From: an uncultured delta proteobacterium
Lineage (GTDB): Bacteria > Desulfobacterota > Binatia > JACPRU01
NCBI GenBank assembly: GCA_963745025.1
Contig: CAVUWD010000011.1
Span: forward strand, 288,001 to 352,000
Direction: 5' to 3'
DNA: 64,000 bases
Positions 10,239 through 21,030 of the stretch are shown piece after piece. The notes beneath the pieces are model-generated. The model searched no databases. It saw only the letters and a list, made by a program, of their open reading frames with translations, and had not been told where the DNA came from. Each line of letters starts with the position of its first letter. Within the stretch, counting starts at the first letter, position 1. The position numbers and the translations under genes are program-made.

Positions 10239-10505
10239 ATGATGAGCAGCGGGTATCTCTCGAGCGCGAACCTCATCTATGCCGCAAACGACATCGACAT
10301 CCGCCACGGCGCGGTCGTTTTCCCTCTCGACGGGCAGCTGACAGTCTTCGCGCTCGCTTACTCCTTCGCGGAGCAAGCCGCGGCGCAGTCCGTGATCGAG
10401 GATGTCCGCTGGGCGCGGCGCCGCGGGACTTGCTCGAGCGGCCCGAACGGCTCGCACAGCGCGGCCTCGTTCGCACTCCGTGACTCCAATTTGCATTGCG
10501 TCTGA
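10239..10505 (+). CDS. Hypothetical small protein or gene remnant
   Basis: 88-aa ORF directly after the hydrolase; no recognisable motif. Confidence 0.3.
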   Translation: MMSSGYLSSANLIYAANDIDIRHGAVVFPLDGQLTVFALAYSFAEQAAAQSVIEDVRWARRRGTCSSGPNGSHSAASFALRDSNLHCV

Positions 10506-10616
10506 CGGAGCAGCTGGTACGAGCAGCCTCAAGCAGTGGCCGAGCCGAGCAAAAACCTGCGATGAAGCCATGGCATTCGCAATGCTGAAAGCGTGTAGGG
10601 ACTAGGGAGGGGAGCC

Positions 10617-13061
10617 ATGCTGAGTCCATACCGAGTTCTCGACCTGACCGATGAGGGCGCCCTGATCTGTGGGCAGATTCTAGGCGACCTTGGGGCGGAC
10701 GTGATCCTGGTCGAGCCGCCGGGCGGAGTGAAGGCGCGCTCTGTCGGGCCCTTCGCCGGAGATACGCACGATGGGAACAAGAGCCTCAATTTCTGGGCGC
10801 TCAACCGCAACAAGCGCAGCATTACGATCGACCTCGAGACGGCTGCCGGCAGAGAGAGCCTGCTCGAGTTGGTGAGGACGGCTGACGTTCTGGTCGAGTC
10901 TTGCCCTCCCGGGCGGCTCGAGCGCCTGTCTCTCGGCTACCGAGTGCTCGCGGAGGTCAATCCATCCCTCGTGATGGTTTCGATCACCCCCTTCGGGCAA
11001 ACGGGGCCGAAGGCAGACTGGGCCGTCACCGACCTCACCGTGACGGCGGCGTCCGGGGCGCTCTTCCTTACCGGCGACGAGGACCGCCCGCCACTGCACG
11101 TGACGATCCCGCAAGCCTATGTGAACGCCGGTGCGGAAGCTGCAGTGGGCGCGCTGATCGGGCTCTGCGCGCGTGAGCGAGACGGTGTCGGTCAGCACAT
11201 CGACGTCTCCGCTCAAACCGCGATGATGATGACGACGCAGTTCACCATGCTTGCCCCGGGTTGGAAGGACCACCCGCCCGGACGAGTAGGAGGGGGACTG
11301 AGGCTCGGCCACATCCCGCTCCGCTTCGTCTATCCGTGTAAAGACGGCCATGTGAACGTCACGTTTGGCTTCGGCGCCGTGTTTGGGCCCGCCACACGTC
11401 GCCTCTTCGAATGGATCCACGAGGAGGGATTCTGCGACGAAGCGACGCGGGACAAGGATTGGATCGCGTACGGCCTTCACCTTCTCACCGGACAAGAGCC
11501 GCTGGAAGGGCTGGCTCGCTACACCGAGTGTATCGAGCGCTTGACGCTCGGTCATACCAAGGCCGAGCTGCTCGAGGAGGCGTTCCGGCGACGGATCCTC
11601 CTCGTTCCGATCAGCAACATCCGGGACATGATCGATTCCGAGCAGCTCGGCGCCCGGGGGTACTGGACCAAGGTCGAGCATCCGGAGCTCGGGCGACAGG
11701 TCACCTATGCGGGTCCGTTCGCCAGAATCGGCGCGACACCGATTCACTGCCGTCGCCGACCGCCGCGGCTCGGTGAGCACACGCGCGAGGTCATCGCCGA
11801 GCTGCCGTCTACACCACCACGCGCGCGGTCGGGAGTCGGGGCGCAAGGCGCTTCCCGGCCCGCGCTCGAGGGTCTCCGGGTGCTCGACTTCACCTGGGCG
11901 TACGCGGGCCCGGCCGCCACGCGCTACCTCGCGGACTACGGCGCGACCGTCGTGCGGGTCGAAAGCGCGAAGAGGCTCGATGCGATGCGCACGGTGGGTC
12001 CTTTCAAAGACGGCCACGCAGGCATCGAGCGGTCCGGTGGTTTCATCAATACCAACGTCGGAAAGTACGGCCTCTCGCTCAACCTGTCGATTTCGGAGGC
12101 GCGCGAGATTGCGCTGAGGCTCGTGAAGTGGGCCGACGTGGTGATCGAGAACTTCTCACCGAAAGTGATGCGTGCCTGGGGCATGGACTACGAGTCGCTC
12201 CGCCAGATCAAGCCTGAGCTGATCATGCTCAGCTCTTGCCTCAACGGCCAGACCGGTCCCAAGGCGATGCTGGCCGGATACGGCACGATGGGTGCCTCGA
12301 TCGCTGGATTCGGCGAGCTGACCGGTTGGCCGGACCGTCCTCCAGCGACTCCCTTCGGCGCCTACACGGACTACACCTCGCCAAAGTTCACGGTCGCGGC
12401 TTTGCTGGCGGCCATCGACCATAAGCGGCGTACCGGCCAGGGCCAGTACATCGACTTGTCGCAAGCCGAGTGCTCGATTCACATGATCGGCCAAGCGGTC
12501 CTCGACTACACGGTGAACGGGCGAATCCAGACACGGATGGGTAACGCACTTCGGGAATACGCCCCAAGCGGAGTTTACCCGTGCGCCGGCACGGACTGCT
12601 GGGTTGCCCTTGCGGCACCGACGAATGACGTATGGCGAGCGCTCTGCCGGGCGACCGGGCAGGGCTGGGCCGAAGATAGCAGGTTCGCCACGGCTATGGC
12701 TCGCCGGGAGAACCGAGAAGCACTGGATGCCGCGATTGGCGCGTGGACCGCGGGCTTCGAGTCGGGCGCGCTGGAGGAGCTTTTGCAAGGCGCTGGCGTG
12801 CCGGTGCATCGCGTGTCGACCAGCGCCGACGTTTTCGCCGACCCGCAGCTAAAAGATCGCGCCCACATCATCGACCTCGAGCATCCCCGGCTCGGTCCAG
12901 TGTCGATTGAGACGTCGCGGATGCGCTTTTCACGCACACCGGCCATCGCCGCGTGGCCCGGTCCTGAAATCGGCCAGCACAACGACCACGTCTTACGCGA
13001 GATCCTCGGGATGACCGACGAAGAGATCACGGAGCTGGTGGCCGACGAGGCACTGGAGTGA
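10617..13061 (+). CDS. Family III (CaiB/BaiF) CoA-transferase with two fused domains
   Basis: Two repeats of the RVLD...LxDxGA.V..VE and NxxK.S/L..xL motifs; 814 aa; GGGGAG RBS. Confidence 0.93.
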   Translation: MLSPYRVLDLTDEGALICGQILGDLGADVILVEPPGGVKARSVGPFAGDTHDGNKSLNFWALNRNKRSITIDLETAAGRESLLELVRTADVLVESCPPGRLERLSLGYRVLAEVNPSLVMVSITPFGQTGPKADWAVTDLTVTAASGALFLTGDEDRPPLHVTIPQAYVNAGAEAAVGALIGLCARERDGVGQHIDVSAQTAMMMTTQFTMLAPGWKDHPPGRVGGGLRLGHIPLRFVYPCKDGHVNVTFGFGAVFGPATRRLFEWIHEEGFCDEATRDKDWIAYGLHLLTGQEPLEGLARYTECIERLTLGHTKAELLEEAFRRRILLVPISNIRDMIDSEQLGARGYWTKVEHPELGRQVTYAGPFARIGATPIHCRRRPPRLGEHTREVIAELPSTPPRARSGVGAQGASRPALEGLRVLDFTWAYAGPAATRYLADYGATVVRVESAKRLDAMRTVGPFKDGHAGIERSGGFINTNVGKYGLSLNLSISEAREIALRLVKWADVVIENFSPKVMRAWGMDYESLRQIKPELIMLSSCLNGQTGPKAMLAGYGTMGASIAGFGELTGWPDRPPATPFGAYTDYTSPKFTVAALLAAIDHKRRTGQGQYIDLSQAECSIHMIGQAVLDYTVNGRIQTRMGNALREYAPSGVYPCAGTDCWVALAAPTNDVWRALCRATGQGWAEDSRFATAMARRENREALDAAIGAWTAGFESGALEELLQGAGVPVHRVSTSADVFADPQLKDRAHIIDLEHPRLGPVSIETSRMRFSRTPAIAAWPGPEIGQHNDHVLREILGMTDEEITELVADEALE

Positions 13062-13163
13062 ATCAGTGGAGCCAGAAGACCCCCCAAATTCAGCACCGGA
13101 TGGTGGCGGTCGGGCTTGGGTCCCGCAGCGATACCGCGCCAACATCGTCGCGAGACTCGCTCG

Positions 13164-13883
13164 CTAGCCCACCACCTCGCGCAGAACCTGCGCGGCGCCG
13201 CGCAGCGCGCTCGCGCCGTCGCCGCGATAGACGGAGCCGTGCATCACGGCCAGGGTTCGAGGCTCGAGGGATGCGAGCCGTTCGAGCGTAGGACCGGTAT
13301 TTCGCGTGTAGGGCATGTAGTTGGCGAACGGGCCCTTCTGGAACTCGACGACCTGGTCGCGGAAGAGGCCGACGATGTCGGACTCGACGAGCGGAGGCCG
13401 CTCGCCGCTCTGCCCGAGCAGATCCGTGCAGAAGAGAGTCCGGTCGGTCTCTTCGAACAGCACACCCGCCTCCCAGCAGTGGGGCACGTGCGGCGTGTGC
13501 AGGAAGCGAAAGCGGCGCTTTCCGGTCGAGAACGCCTCGCCGTCGGCGAGCGCTCGCGCCGGTCGGATCGCGAAGTCGTTCACGCTGACCAGCGCGCCGA
13601 CCAAGCTGCACGCCGCCTGGGCACGGGGTGCCACCGACAGCCACTCGTTCAGCGAGCCGCACTCGTCGGCCTCGAAATGACTGAAGCTCACCCAGCGGAT
13701 CTTCGACGGATCGATCACGCTGGCGACCGCGTCCCGTACGGCGGGGAACAGCGCCTTCAGCCCCGTTTCGAAGAGCAGGGGCTCGTCGTCGCGAACCAAG
13801 AACTGGCCGAACTCTAAACCCGCCGGCGCAACGTAGGTCGAGATGCGGAAGACGTCGGGGGCAACCTCAGTGATGGTGGTCAT
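13164..13883 (-). CDS. MBL-fold metallo-protein (FprA N-terminal/ODP-like)
   Basis: [29 protein letters not shown]; start MTTITEV with AAGGA RBS. Confidence 0.85.
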   Translation of the reverse strand: MTTITEVAPDVFRISTYVAPAGLEFGQFLVRDDEPLLFETGLKALFPAVRDAVASVIDPSKIRWVSFSHFEADECGSLNEWLSVAPRAQAACSLVGALVSVNDFAIRPARALADGEAFSTGKRRFRFLHTPHVPHCWEAGVLFEETDRTLFCTDLLGQSGERPPLVESDIVGLFRDQVVEFQKGPFANYMPYTRNTGPTLERLASLEPRTLAVMHGSVYRGDGASALRGAAQVLREVVG

Positions 13884-13892
13884 GACCGTGGG

Positions 13893-14265
13893 TTCCTTTT
13901 CCAGAGGCGTTGCGAGGGAATTCGCAAAGCGCGATTGCACCTGCTCGAATAGTTCTCTCAAGCGAGCGTCGCCGTCAAATCGACGTCGCATCCTCGTCGT
14001 AGAAGCGGCGCAGCCGCTCGAAGAGATCGCCTGGAACTTCTCTGCCGGTGATCGTCATCGAATCGGCGTACTCGAGCGTCACCCGCTCCGCCTCGGTGAA
14101 CAGCGGGCTCGTCGCCTACGCGGCGAGAGCGAGGATCTTCTCGTCCGAGACGCCCAGCTCGCTGCCCATGGCAGCGTTGATCTCCCGTCAGCCGTTGAGC
14201 GACGCCGCGCGGCGGTCGACCAGGGCGACGAGCCCGCGGTCGATCAGGCCCGACTGCGCAAGCGC
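13893..14265 (-). pseudogene. Carboxymuconolactone decarboxylase/AhpD-like remnant
   Basis: [52 protein letters not shown]..., then after a frameshift [28 protein letters not shown]; three stops and one frameshift. Confidence 0.75.
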
Positions 14266-14415
14266 CACGTCGGGCGCCATCCGCAGCCCGCCGATCGACG
14301 GACCCCTCGCCACGTTGTCCACGACGAGCGTCGCCCGCAGGCCGAGCGACGGCTGGCTGACATGAATGATCTTTGCCGGCCCGAGGTCGTCGACGAATCT
14401 GAAGGTCTCTTCCAT
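14266..14415 (-). pseudogene. Glu/Leu/Phe/Val dehydrogenase 5' fragment (about 50 aa)
   Basis: MEETFRFVDDLGPAKIIHV...LVVDNVARGPSIGGLRMAPDV, after which similarity stops abruptly. Confidence 0.75.
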
Positions 14416-14451
14416 GGAATTTCGCATCGGGGCCAAAAACTCGGGGCTCGC

Positions 14452-15834
14452 TCAGACAGGCGGTCGCTGATTCCGCCAGGGTCTCGACTCCTCGAATGCG
14501 GCGGCGAGAGAGACGACCGTCGGCTCGTCCTCTGGCCGTCCCACGATCTGGAGGCCGATCGGGAGGCCTGCCTTGCTGAAGCCGTTCGGGATGGAGCAGG
14601 CCGGCTGCCCCGTCGAGTTGAACGGGAAAGTGAACGGCAACCAGGCGAGCGCCTCCTCGACGTAACTCTCCCTCCGGGAAGGAAGCTCGCCGATTTTCAT
14701 CGCCGGACGTGCGAGCGTCGGCGTGAGAAGAGCGTCGTACGGCATGAGCGCCTGCACCACCTCGCGCGCCGCGTTGTGCATCGCGGCCATCGCATTCACA
14801 TACTCTCCCGCGCTCATCTTGCGGCCGGCGTCGACGAACACCCGAACGATGGGATCGATGAGCTCGTCGTCCGCGAAGGACACCGCGGCGAGATTCGCGG
14901 CGACCACGGCCCCGAACGACTCGACGAGCCGGGCGGCCGGATCGACGCCGACTGGCTCGAGCCGATGACCCATGTCCTCGAAGACGCGGGTCGCGTTCTC
15001 GAACGCCGCTACCGTCTCGGCATCGATCGGCCCGAGCGTGCTCTTCGCAAGCGTCCCGAGCCGGAGCCGCTCAGGACGGCGGGAGACAGCCTGGACGAGC
15101 GGCCCCGCAAGCGGCGCCGCTCGGCAGGGATCGCCGTCGACCCCGCCGGCCATCACGTCGAGCATGAGAGCGGCGTCTCGCACCGAGCGCGTGATCGGCC
15201 CGTTCACGAAGAGGCCTCCCCAGATCTCGCCGGCCATCGGCGAGAGCGTCATGCGTCCCCGCGAAGGCTTCAGGCCGACGACGCCGCAGCAGGCGGCGGG
15301 AATGCGAATCGACCCCCCGCCGTCGCTTCCTTCGGCGAGCGGGTGGAGACCGGCCGCAATCGCCGCTGCGGCCCCTCCGCTGGAGCCGCCAGCCGTGTGG
15401 TCGAGGCTCCACGGGTTTCGCGCCGGCGGACAAAGTCCTCCCTCGGTCGTCGGCCGGCCGCCGTATTCCGGTGTCGTCGTCTTGCCGAGGAGAATGCCGC
15501 CGGCCCGGTGCAGGCGCGCAGCGTACTCCGCGTCGGCAGGCGGGACGAAGTTCGCATAGTTTCGCGATCCGAAGGTCGTGCGGATGCCCTTCGTCCAAGT
15601 GAGGTCCTTCAGCGAATACGCGACGCCGTAGAGAGGAAGCGAGGCCGGCTCCATCTTCTCGAGGCGGGCAGCGTCGGCGAGCGCTCGCTCCGCCGTGAGG
15701 GTCATGAACGCGTTGAGCTTCGGGTTCAGCACTTCGATGCGACGGAGAAAGAGTTCGGCGACCTCGCGCGGACGGATCTCGCGAGCCGCGACAAGACGGC
15801 GGAGCTCAAACGCTTCAATGTACGGATCGATCAC
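14452..15834 (-). CDS. Amidase (amidase signature family)
   Basis: SLKDL, GKTTTPE, GGSSGG, GSDGGGSIRIPA (Lys-cisSer-Ser triad). Confidence 0.95.
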   Translation of the reverse strand: MIDPYIEAFELRRLVAAREIRPREVAELFLRRIEVLNPKLNAFMTLTAERALADAARLEKMEPASLPLYGVAYSLKDLTWTKGIRTTFGSRNYANFVPPADAEYAARLHRAGGILLGKTTTPEYGGRPTTEGGLCPPARNPWSLDHTAGGSSGGAAAAIAAGLHPLAEGSDGGGSIRIPAACCGVVGLKPSRGRMTLSPMAGEIWGGLFVNGPITRSVRDAALMLDVMAGGVDGDPCRAAPLAGPLVQAVSRRPERLRLGTLAKSTLGPIDAETVAAFENATRVFEDMGHRLEPVGVDPAARLVESFGAVVAANLAAVSFADDELIDPIVRVFVDAGRKMSAGEYVNAMAAMHNAAREVVQALMPYDALLTPTLARPAMKIGELPSRRESYVEEALAWLPFTFPFNSTGQPACSIPNGFSKAGLPIGLQIVGRPEDEPTVVSLAAAFEESRPWRNQRPPV

Positions 15835-15916
15835 GGGTCCTCCTTTGCGAAGCTGCGAGGTGCCGCGCTTTGAGTGAACGATAGGCGATCATCCGTTCCG
15901 CGAGCCCGGCGTACAC

Positions 15917-16090
15917 CTAGCCAGCCTCCTCGGGCCCGAGCCGCCCGTCGGGCCTCCACCAGGAGATCACATACTCGCACATCGTCATGATCGCAAAGGC
16001 GGCGACGGTCCGGTCCTCCACCTCGAAGATGCCCTGGCTTTCCCGTCGCTGAGGGACTCGGCGGAGGAGGCCGAGGTACTGCCGACGGGC
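15917..16090 (-). pseudogene. TetR-family regulator C-terminal remnant
   Basis: GIFEVEDRTVAAFAIMTMCEYVISWWRPDGRLGPEE resembles the KstR2-type TetR C-domain; no HTH upstream. Confidence 0.55.
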
Positions 16091-16394
16091 TTTGGAGCCG
16101 TGCAGTCGGGCTTGTGGCTGCCGCCGGTAGCGGGGTTGTTTGTGGCACATCTCTAAAATGCGACGATCAGTCCACATCCTCGACCCGCAAGCGGATCGCC
16201 CCGCTCGGCCTCATGCCGGTGAAGTAGAGCCGCTGCGCGACTGCGAGGTAGTCGCGGTGGACACGGTAGCCTCCCCTCGTTTAGGTTCTGTCGGCAGTCG
16301 CGCTTGGCGCGGTCGAGGTCCCGCGGAGATCGGCGATCGTTTCCACTCATGACGGGCTGCAGCGGTCGCCCGCGCAACGATAGGGGGGGTCGAA

Positions 16395-17720
16395 ATGCTC
16401 GAGCAACCGGCTGCTGTAGGAGCGGCTGCCGGCCCGGCGCTCGAGGATGCGCCCGCCGGCTACTGGTCACGGCGTTGGATGCTGGTATCCGGCTGCTTCC
16501 TGTCGATCCTCGTCTGCTACATCGATCGCGTGAACATCTCCTACGCCATCCTGCCGATGTCGACGGAGTACGGCTGGGACAACGCGACGCAGGGCTGGGT
16601 GCTCTCGTCGTTCTTCATGGGTTACCTCGCGACACAGCTCCTCGGCGGCTGGTGGGCCGCGCGCATCGGCGGGCCGCGCGCTTCTCACGTTCGGGGTGCT
16701 CTGGTGGTCGGCGTTCACGCTGCTGACGCCGCTCGCGGCGTCGTTCTCGTTCGGCGCACTGATCGCCGCGCGCATCGGCATGGGCCTCGGCGAGGGCGTT
16801 GCGTTCCCCGCGATCTACCAGCTCTTCGGGCGTTGGATTCCGCTGCACGAGCGCGCGCGCGCAGCGGCGCTGAACGGCAGCGGGATCCCGCTCGGCACGG
16901 TCGCGGCGACGCTCGCTCACGCCCTGGCTGGTCGGAAGCTTACGGCTGGCCGTCGTGTTCTACGCCTTCGGCGCCGCTCGGCCTGGTCTGGTACGCCTTC
17001 TGGCACTTCTGCCTCGAGCGAGCGAGCCGAAGACGCACGCGGCATCCATCCGAGCGGAGCTCGCGCTAATCCGCGCGAACACCGCGCCGCACGATCGCGA
17101 AGCCGGTGGTGCCCTGGGCGAGGATCCTGCGCTCGACCGCGGTGTGGGCGCTCGTCTTCAACCACTTCTGCTCGAACTGGGGCTTCTACGTGATCCTCTC
17201 CTGGCTGCCGCGCTACTTCGCGGACGTGCACGGACTTGACCTGGTCGGGCGCCGGCTACGCGAGTCTCTTGCCGTGGCTCGTGATGTTCGCGATGACGAA
17301 CGTCGGCGCGCAGCTCGCCGACGGCCTGCTGCAAGCGCGGCCGCAGCGTGACGTTCGTGCGCAAGCTCATGCAGTCGATCGGCTTCCTCGGACTCCGCCG
17401 CCGCGCTGCTCGCGATCGGGCAGGTGCACACGGTGCCGCTGGCGATCGGGCTCATGTGCGTGTCGCTCGGTCTCGGCTCGTTCGCGCTCTCGGGCTTCGC
17501 GTCGAACCATCTCGACATCGCGCCGCGCTACGCGGGCGCGCTGATGGGCCTGTCGAACACGGCGGGCACTCTGCCCGGCGTGATCGGCGTGGCCGTGACC
17601 GGCTACATCCTCGACGCAACCGGCTCGTGGCCGCTGGTGTTCGGCATCGCTGCTGGCCTGTACGTCGCCGGCGGAATCGTGTGGCTGATGTTTTCGACTG
17701 GAGAGAGGCTTTTCGACTAA
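16395..17720 (+). CDS. MFS transporter, anion:cation symporter (sialin-like) family, multiply frameshifted
   Basis: CYIDRVNIS, LSSFFMGY, GLGEGVAFPA, HFCSNWGFY, NHLDIAPRYAGALMGLSNT spread over about 6 frame segments. Confidence 0.85.
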
Positions 17721-17853
17721 TCGCGTCATGGCGGACGTTTCGTCTTGCCAGCAGCCGGGACGGCGGCGTACAAGACGACGGCTCGAATGTCTTTGGAGCC
17801 CGTTGGCGTCTGATCCGAGTGCTGAATCCCGGCACACTCTGCGGAGGAGACCG

Positions 17854-18648
17854 ATGATCCGACTGAACTTCGCTCTGCATCGTCTCGCGAATCTCTCTCG
17901 CGCCGAGTTCCAGCGCTACTGGCGCGAGAAGCACGGGCCGCTCGTGGTCAGCGTCTCACGCGCGCTGCGCATGCGACGCTACATGCAATCGCACACCGTC
18001 GAGGATCCGCTCTACGACGGGCTACGCGCCGCGCGCACGGGCATGCACGCGCCCTTCGATGGAATCGCGAGCGTCTGGTTCGACTCGCGCGAGGACCTGG
18101 TTGCCGCGATGACGAGCGACGAGGGTCGCAAGGCCGGCGCGCTCCTGCTCGAGGACGAGCGGCGCTTCATCGATCTGTCCCGCTCGCCGCTCTGGGTCTG
18201 CCAGGAGATCGCGCAGATCAATCCGATGCCCGAGAACTCGATCGTCGCGTGGCCGAAGAGCTCGTGGATCAAGTTCTGCTACCTGCTCCAGCCCAAAGAG
18301 GGAATGAGCCAAGCCGCGTGCCACAAGACCTGGAACATGGAGCACGGCTACCTGATTCGCCGCCACAGCGGCGCCACGCGGTTTGCGCGCTATATCCAGA
18401 ACCACACGCTCGACGACGAGCTGAACGACCAGCTCCGCGCGTCGCGCGGTGCGCCGCCCGCATACGCGGGGCTCACCGAGGCCTGGTTCGACCGCTATGA
18501 CCTGGTGAAGATCCTCGGCGACCCCACGAGCGAGGGCGCGCAGGGATTCGCCGCGTTCCTCGAGGACGAGAAGCGCTTCGTCGACTTCACGCGCTCGTCG
18601 GTCTGGGCGACGAAGGAGCTCGTGTTCGTGGACGAAGGGACGATCTAG
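17854..18648 (+). CDS. Tandem EthD-domain protein
   Basis: Two EthD repeats (SRAEFQRYWREKHGP...RYMQSH...DERRFID; EHGY...RYIQNH...DEKRFVD); GGAGGAG RBS. Confidence 0.85.
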   Translation: MIRLNFALHRLANLSRAEFQRYWREKHGPLVVSVSRALRMRRYMQSHTVEDPLYDGLRAARTGMHAPFDGIASVWFDSREDLVAAMTSDEGRKAGALLLEDERRFIDLSRSPLWVCQEIAQINPMPENSIVAWPKSSWIKFCYLLQPKEGMSQAACHKTWNMEHGYLIRRHSGATRFARYIQNHTLDDELNDQLRASRGAPPAYAGLTEAWFDRYDLVKILGDPTSEGAQGFAAFLEDEKRFVDFTRSSVWATKELVFVDEGTI

Positions 18649-18822
18649 GTCAATGGGTGCTGCACCGTCGGTGCGGGATGAGGTTTCGCGAGCCATTCGA
18701 AGCCACTGACGGCCGCCAGCAAGGCCTCTCAAGGGTTCCCTTCTGCTCTATTTTCTTTCGAGCACTTCGCGCTTAGCGCAGCTCATCCCCTGGCGACGAG
18801 ATGCATCGGCGAGTCGTCGCGG

Positions 18823-19221
18823 TTAGCCCACGACCGCGATGGCCTCGACTTCGATCAGGACACCCTCCAGGAAGAGCGCCTCCACGCCGACGAGGGTACT
18901 CGCCGGCGGATGTGCCGGCGACAGGTACTCGCTCCTCACCTCGCGGATGGCAGCGAGGTGTTGCGGGCGGTAGCCGACGACGTAGTAGGTCGTCTTGACC
19001 ACATCCTCGAAGCGTGCGCCCGCCGCCGCGAGTGACCGCTTCAGGTTCTCGAACACCTTCCTCGTCTGCTCGCGGAGGTCCCCTCGACCCACGAGCTCGC
19101 CCTTCTCGTCGAGCGGCACTTGGCCGGAAATGAAGATGGTCTTACCTCCGCTCACCTCGACGGCATGCGTGTATGCGGGCGACGCCGCCACCCCCGTTGG
19201 ATTCATGAACCGCTTCTCCAT
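18823..19221 (-). CDS. RidA/YjgF family protein
   Basis: YTHAV, ISGQV, PASTLVGV, IEVEAIA. Confidence 0.92.
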   Translation of the reverse strand: MEKRFMNPTGVAASPAYTHAVEVSGGKTIFISGQVPLDEKGELVGRGDLREQTRKVFENLKRSLAAAGARFEDVVKTTYYVVGYRPQHLAAIREVRSEYLSPAHPPASTLVGVEALFLEGVLIEVEAIAVVG

Positions 19222-19497
19222 GCTGCTTTCCCTCCGGCGCTACGGGCGGGCTCTTCGGCAAAGCTCGATTCCAGCCTTGACGTTCACCGCCTAGCCTGTG
19301 AGGTTCCGATCTACGGAATCGGTCGCGACGTGGCAAACGGACATGTACACCCGAATGCGACCTGACCGAGACCTTCGAGGCCCGTGGCGAGAAGCGCACG
19401 CCGCAGTTCGTCGCGTGCTGGCGATGCGCAAGCCGAAACCGCCTGGCGTGGCGCGCTCTCTCTTGATGGCCGCTCGCGAGAAGAGGTGAATTTTCCG

Positions 19498-20931
19498 GTG
19501 GCGACGGCCGATTCGAGCACGATGCTCGAGACGACGCTTTCGCGCGTCCTGCGCGAGCGCATACGGGGCTTTCGGTCGCTTCGCTCCTGCGAGCGGCTTT
19601 CCGGCGGCGCCAGTCAGGAAACGTACCGGCTCGTCCTCGAAACCGAGGAGGCGGAGCGACGGCTGGCGATGCGGCGCGCCCCGGGCGGCGCGAAGCGGCA
19701 AGTTCCGGCAGCGGGGCCGGAGCTCGCTGTCGAGGCCAGGCTCTTCGAGGCGGCTGGCGCGGCGGGGGTGCCGGAGCCCGAGATCCTTTACGTGTTCGAG
19801 GAGCGCGACGGGCTCGGTGCGGGCTTCCTCATGGAGTGGCTCGAGGGCGAGACGCTCGGCGCCCGCATCGTACGCGGCGAGGAGTTCCAGGCGATCCGGC
19901 CGAAGCTAGCCCGGCAGTGCGGGGAGGTGCTCGCGCGGATCCACGGGCTCGACGTCCGAAAGGCCGGCCTGGCCGAGGCTTTGCGCATCCGCACTCCTGA
20001 AGAGCTCGTGCACGAGAGCTGGGACCTCTACAAGGCCTACGAGACGCCGCAGCCGATGATCGACTTCTCGGCCCGCTGGCTGCTCGAAAACCTGCCGCCG
20101 CCCTCTCCGCCCCGTCTCGTCCACGGCGACTTCCGGAACGGCAACCTGATGATCTCTCCGGAGCGCGGCATCGCCGCCGTCCTCGACTGGGAGCTCGCGC
20201 ACCTCGGCGATCCGATCCGCGACCTCGGCTGGCTGTGTACGAACTCGTGGCGCTACGGGCGGAGCGATCTCCCGGTCGGCGGCTTCGGGATGCTGGAGGA
20301 CCTTCTCGACGGCTACGCGTCGGTATCGGGAGAGCGAATCGAACCCTCGCATGTCAAGTTCTGGATCGTCTTCGGCTCCTTCTGGTGGTCCGTTGGCACG
20401 TTGTCGATGACGCAGGTCTACCGGATCGGCCCCGATCGTTCGGTCGAGCGCGCCGCGATCGGCCGTCGCTCGTCGGAGTGTCAAGTCGACTGCACGAACC
20501 TCTTGATTCCCGGTCCCCTCCAGTCGCTCGAGCGCGAGTCGAAGCCGTCGTCGCTCGACATGCCGCGGGCGGACGAGCTCCTGACGAGCGTTCGCGACTT
20601 TCTCCGCAACGACGTAATGAACGCGATGCGCGGGCGGACAAGCTTCCTTGCGCGCGTCGCTTCGAACTCGCTCGACATCGTGCTCCGCGAGCTCGAGCTC
20701 GGGCCTGCCCATCGCACCCGCGAGCGCGACGGCCTCGAACGGATTCTCGGCCGGTCGGATGATCTCGAGGTGCTGCGATGGGAGCTCGTGCGGGCGCTTC
20801 GGGACGGGTCGATGCCCCTCGATCGTCCCGGGCTCGCCGATCACCTGCGCCAGACGGTCGTCACCCAGGTCGCGATCGACCAGCCGCGATACTCGGGGTA
20901 CCTCGCCGCGCTGCGGGATTCCGGCGGGTAG
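19498..20931 (+). CDS. APH-type phosphotransferase family protein with C-terminal helical domain (DUF6285-like)
   Basis: LSGGASQET, LVHGDFRNGN, LDWELAHLGDP, AAIGRR; C-terminal QVAIDQPRY; start approximate. Confidence 0.85.
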   Translation: MATADSSTMLETTLSRVLRERIRGFRSLRSCERLSGGASQETYRLVLETEEAERRLAMRRAPGGAKRQVPAAGPELAVEARLFEAAGAAGVPEPEILYVFEERDGLGAGFLMEWLEGETLGARIVRGEEFQAIRPKLARQCGEVLARIHGLDVRKAGLAEALRIRTPEELVHESWDLYKAYETPQPMIDFSARWLLENLPPPSPPRLVHGDFRNGNLMISPERGIAAVLDWELAHLGDPIRDLGWLCTNSWRYGRSDLPVGGFGMLEDLLDGYASVSGERIEPSHVKFWIVFGSFWWSVGTLSMTQVYRIGPDRSVERAAIGRRSSECQVDCTNLLIPGPLQSLERESKPSSLDMPRADELLTSVRDFLRNDVMNAMRGRTSFLARVASNSLDIVLRELELGPAHRTRERDGLERILGRSDDLEVLRWELVRALRDGSMPLDRPGLADHLRQTVVTQVAIDQPRYSGYLAALRDSGG

Positions 20932-20952
20932 CGAAGCGTTGCTGCCTGGGCT

Positions 20953-21030
20953 TCAGCCGAGAACGTCGAAACCCATCGCGCGAGCGGCAATTGCCAGTTC
21001 TCGATCGTGGGTCGCGAAGAAGATCGGGGA
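20953..21030 (-). pseudogene. PIN/VapC toxin C-terminal remnant
   Basis: FFATHDRELAIAARAMGFDVLG* matches the VapC C-terminal T-x-D-x-x-L motif; no N-terminal PIN part. Confidence 0.5.

Noticed and set aside
14188-14190. Active selenoprotein via TGA readthrough
   Set aside because: The downstream TAG, frameshift and second TGA break the gene regardless.
13843-15873. 676-aa plus-strand ORF
   Set aside because: Antisense to the amidase and the chimeric pseudogene.
16395-17720. Programmed frameshifting or true pseudogene in the MFS transporter
   Set aside because: Many scattered indels with otherwise intact motifs fit low-coverage long-read error better.
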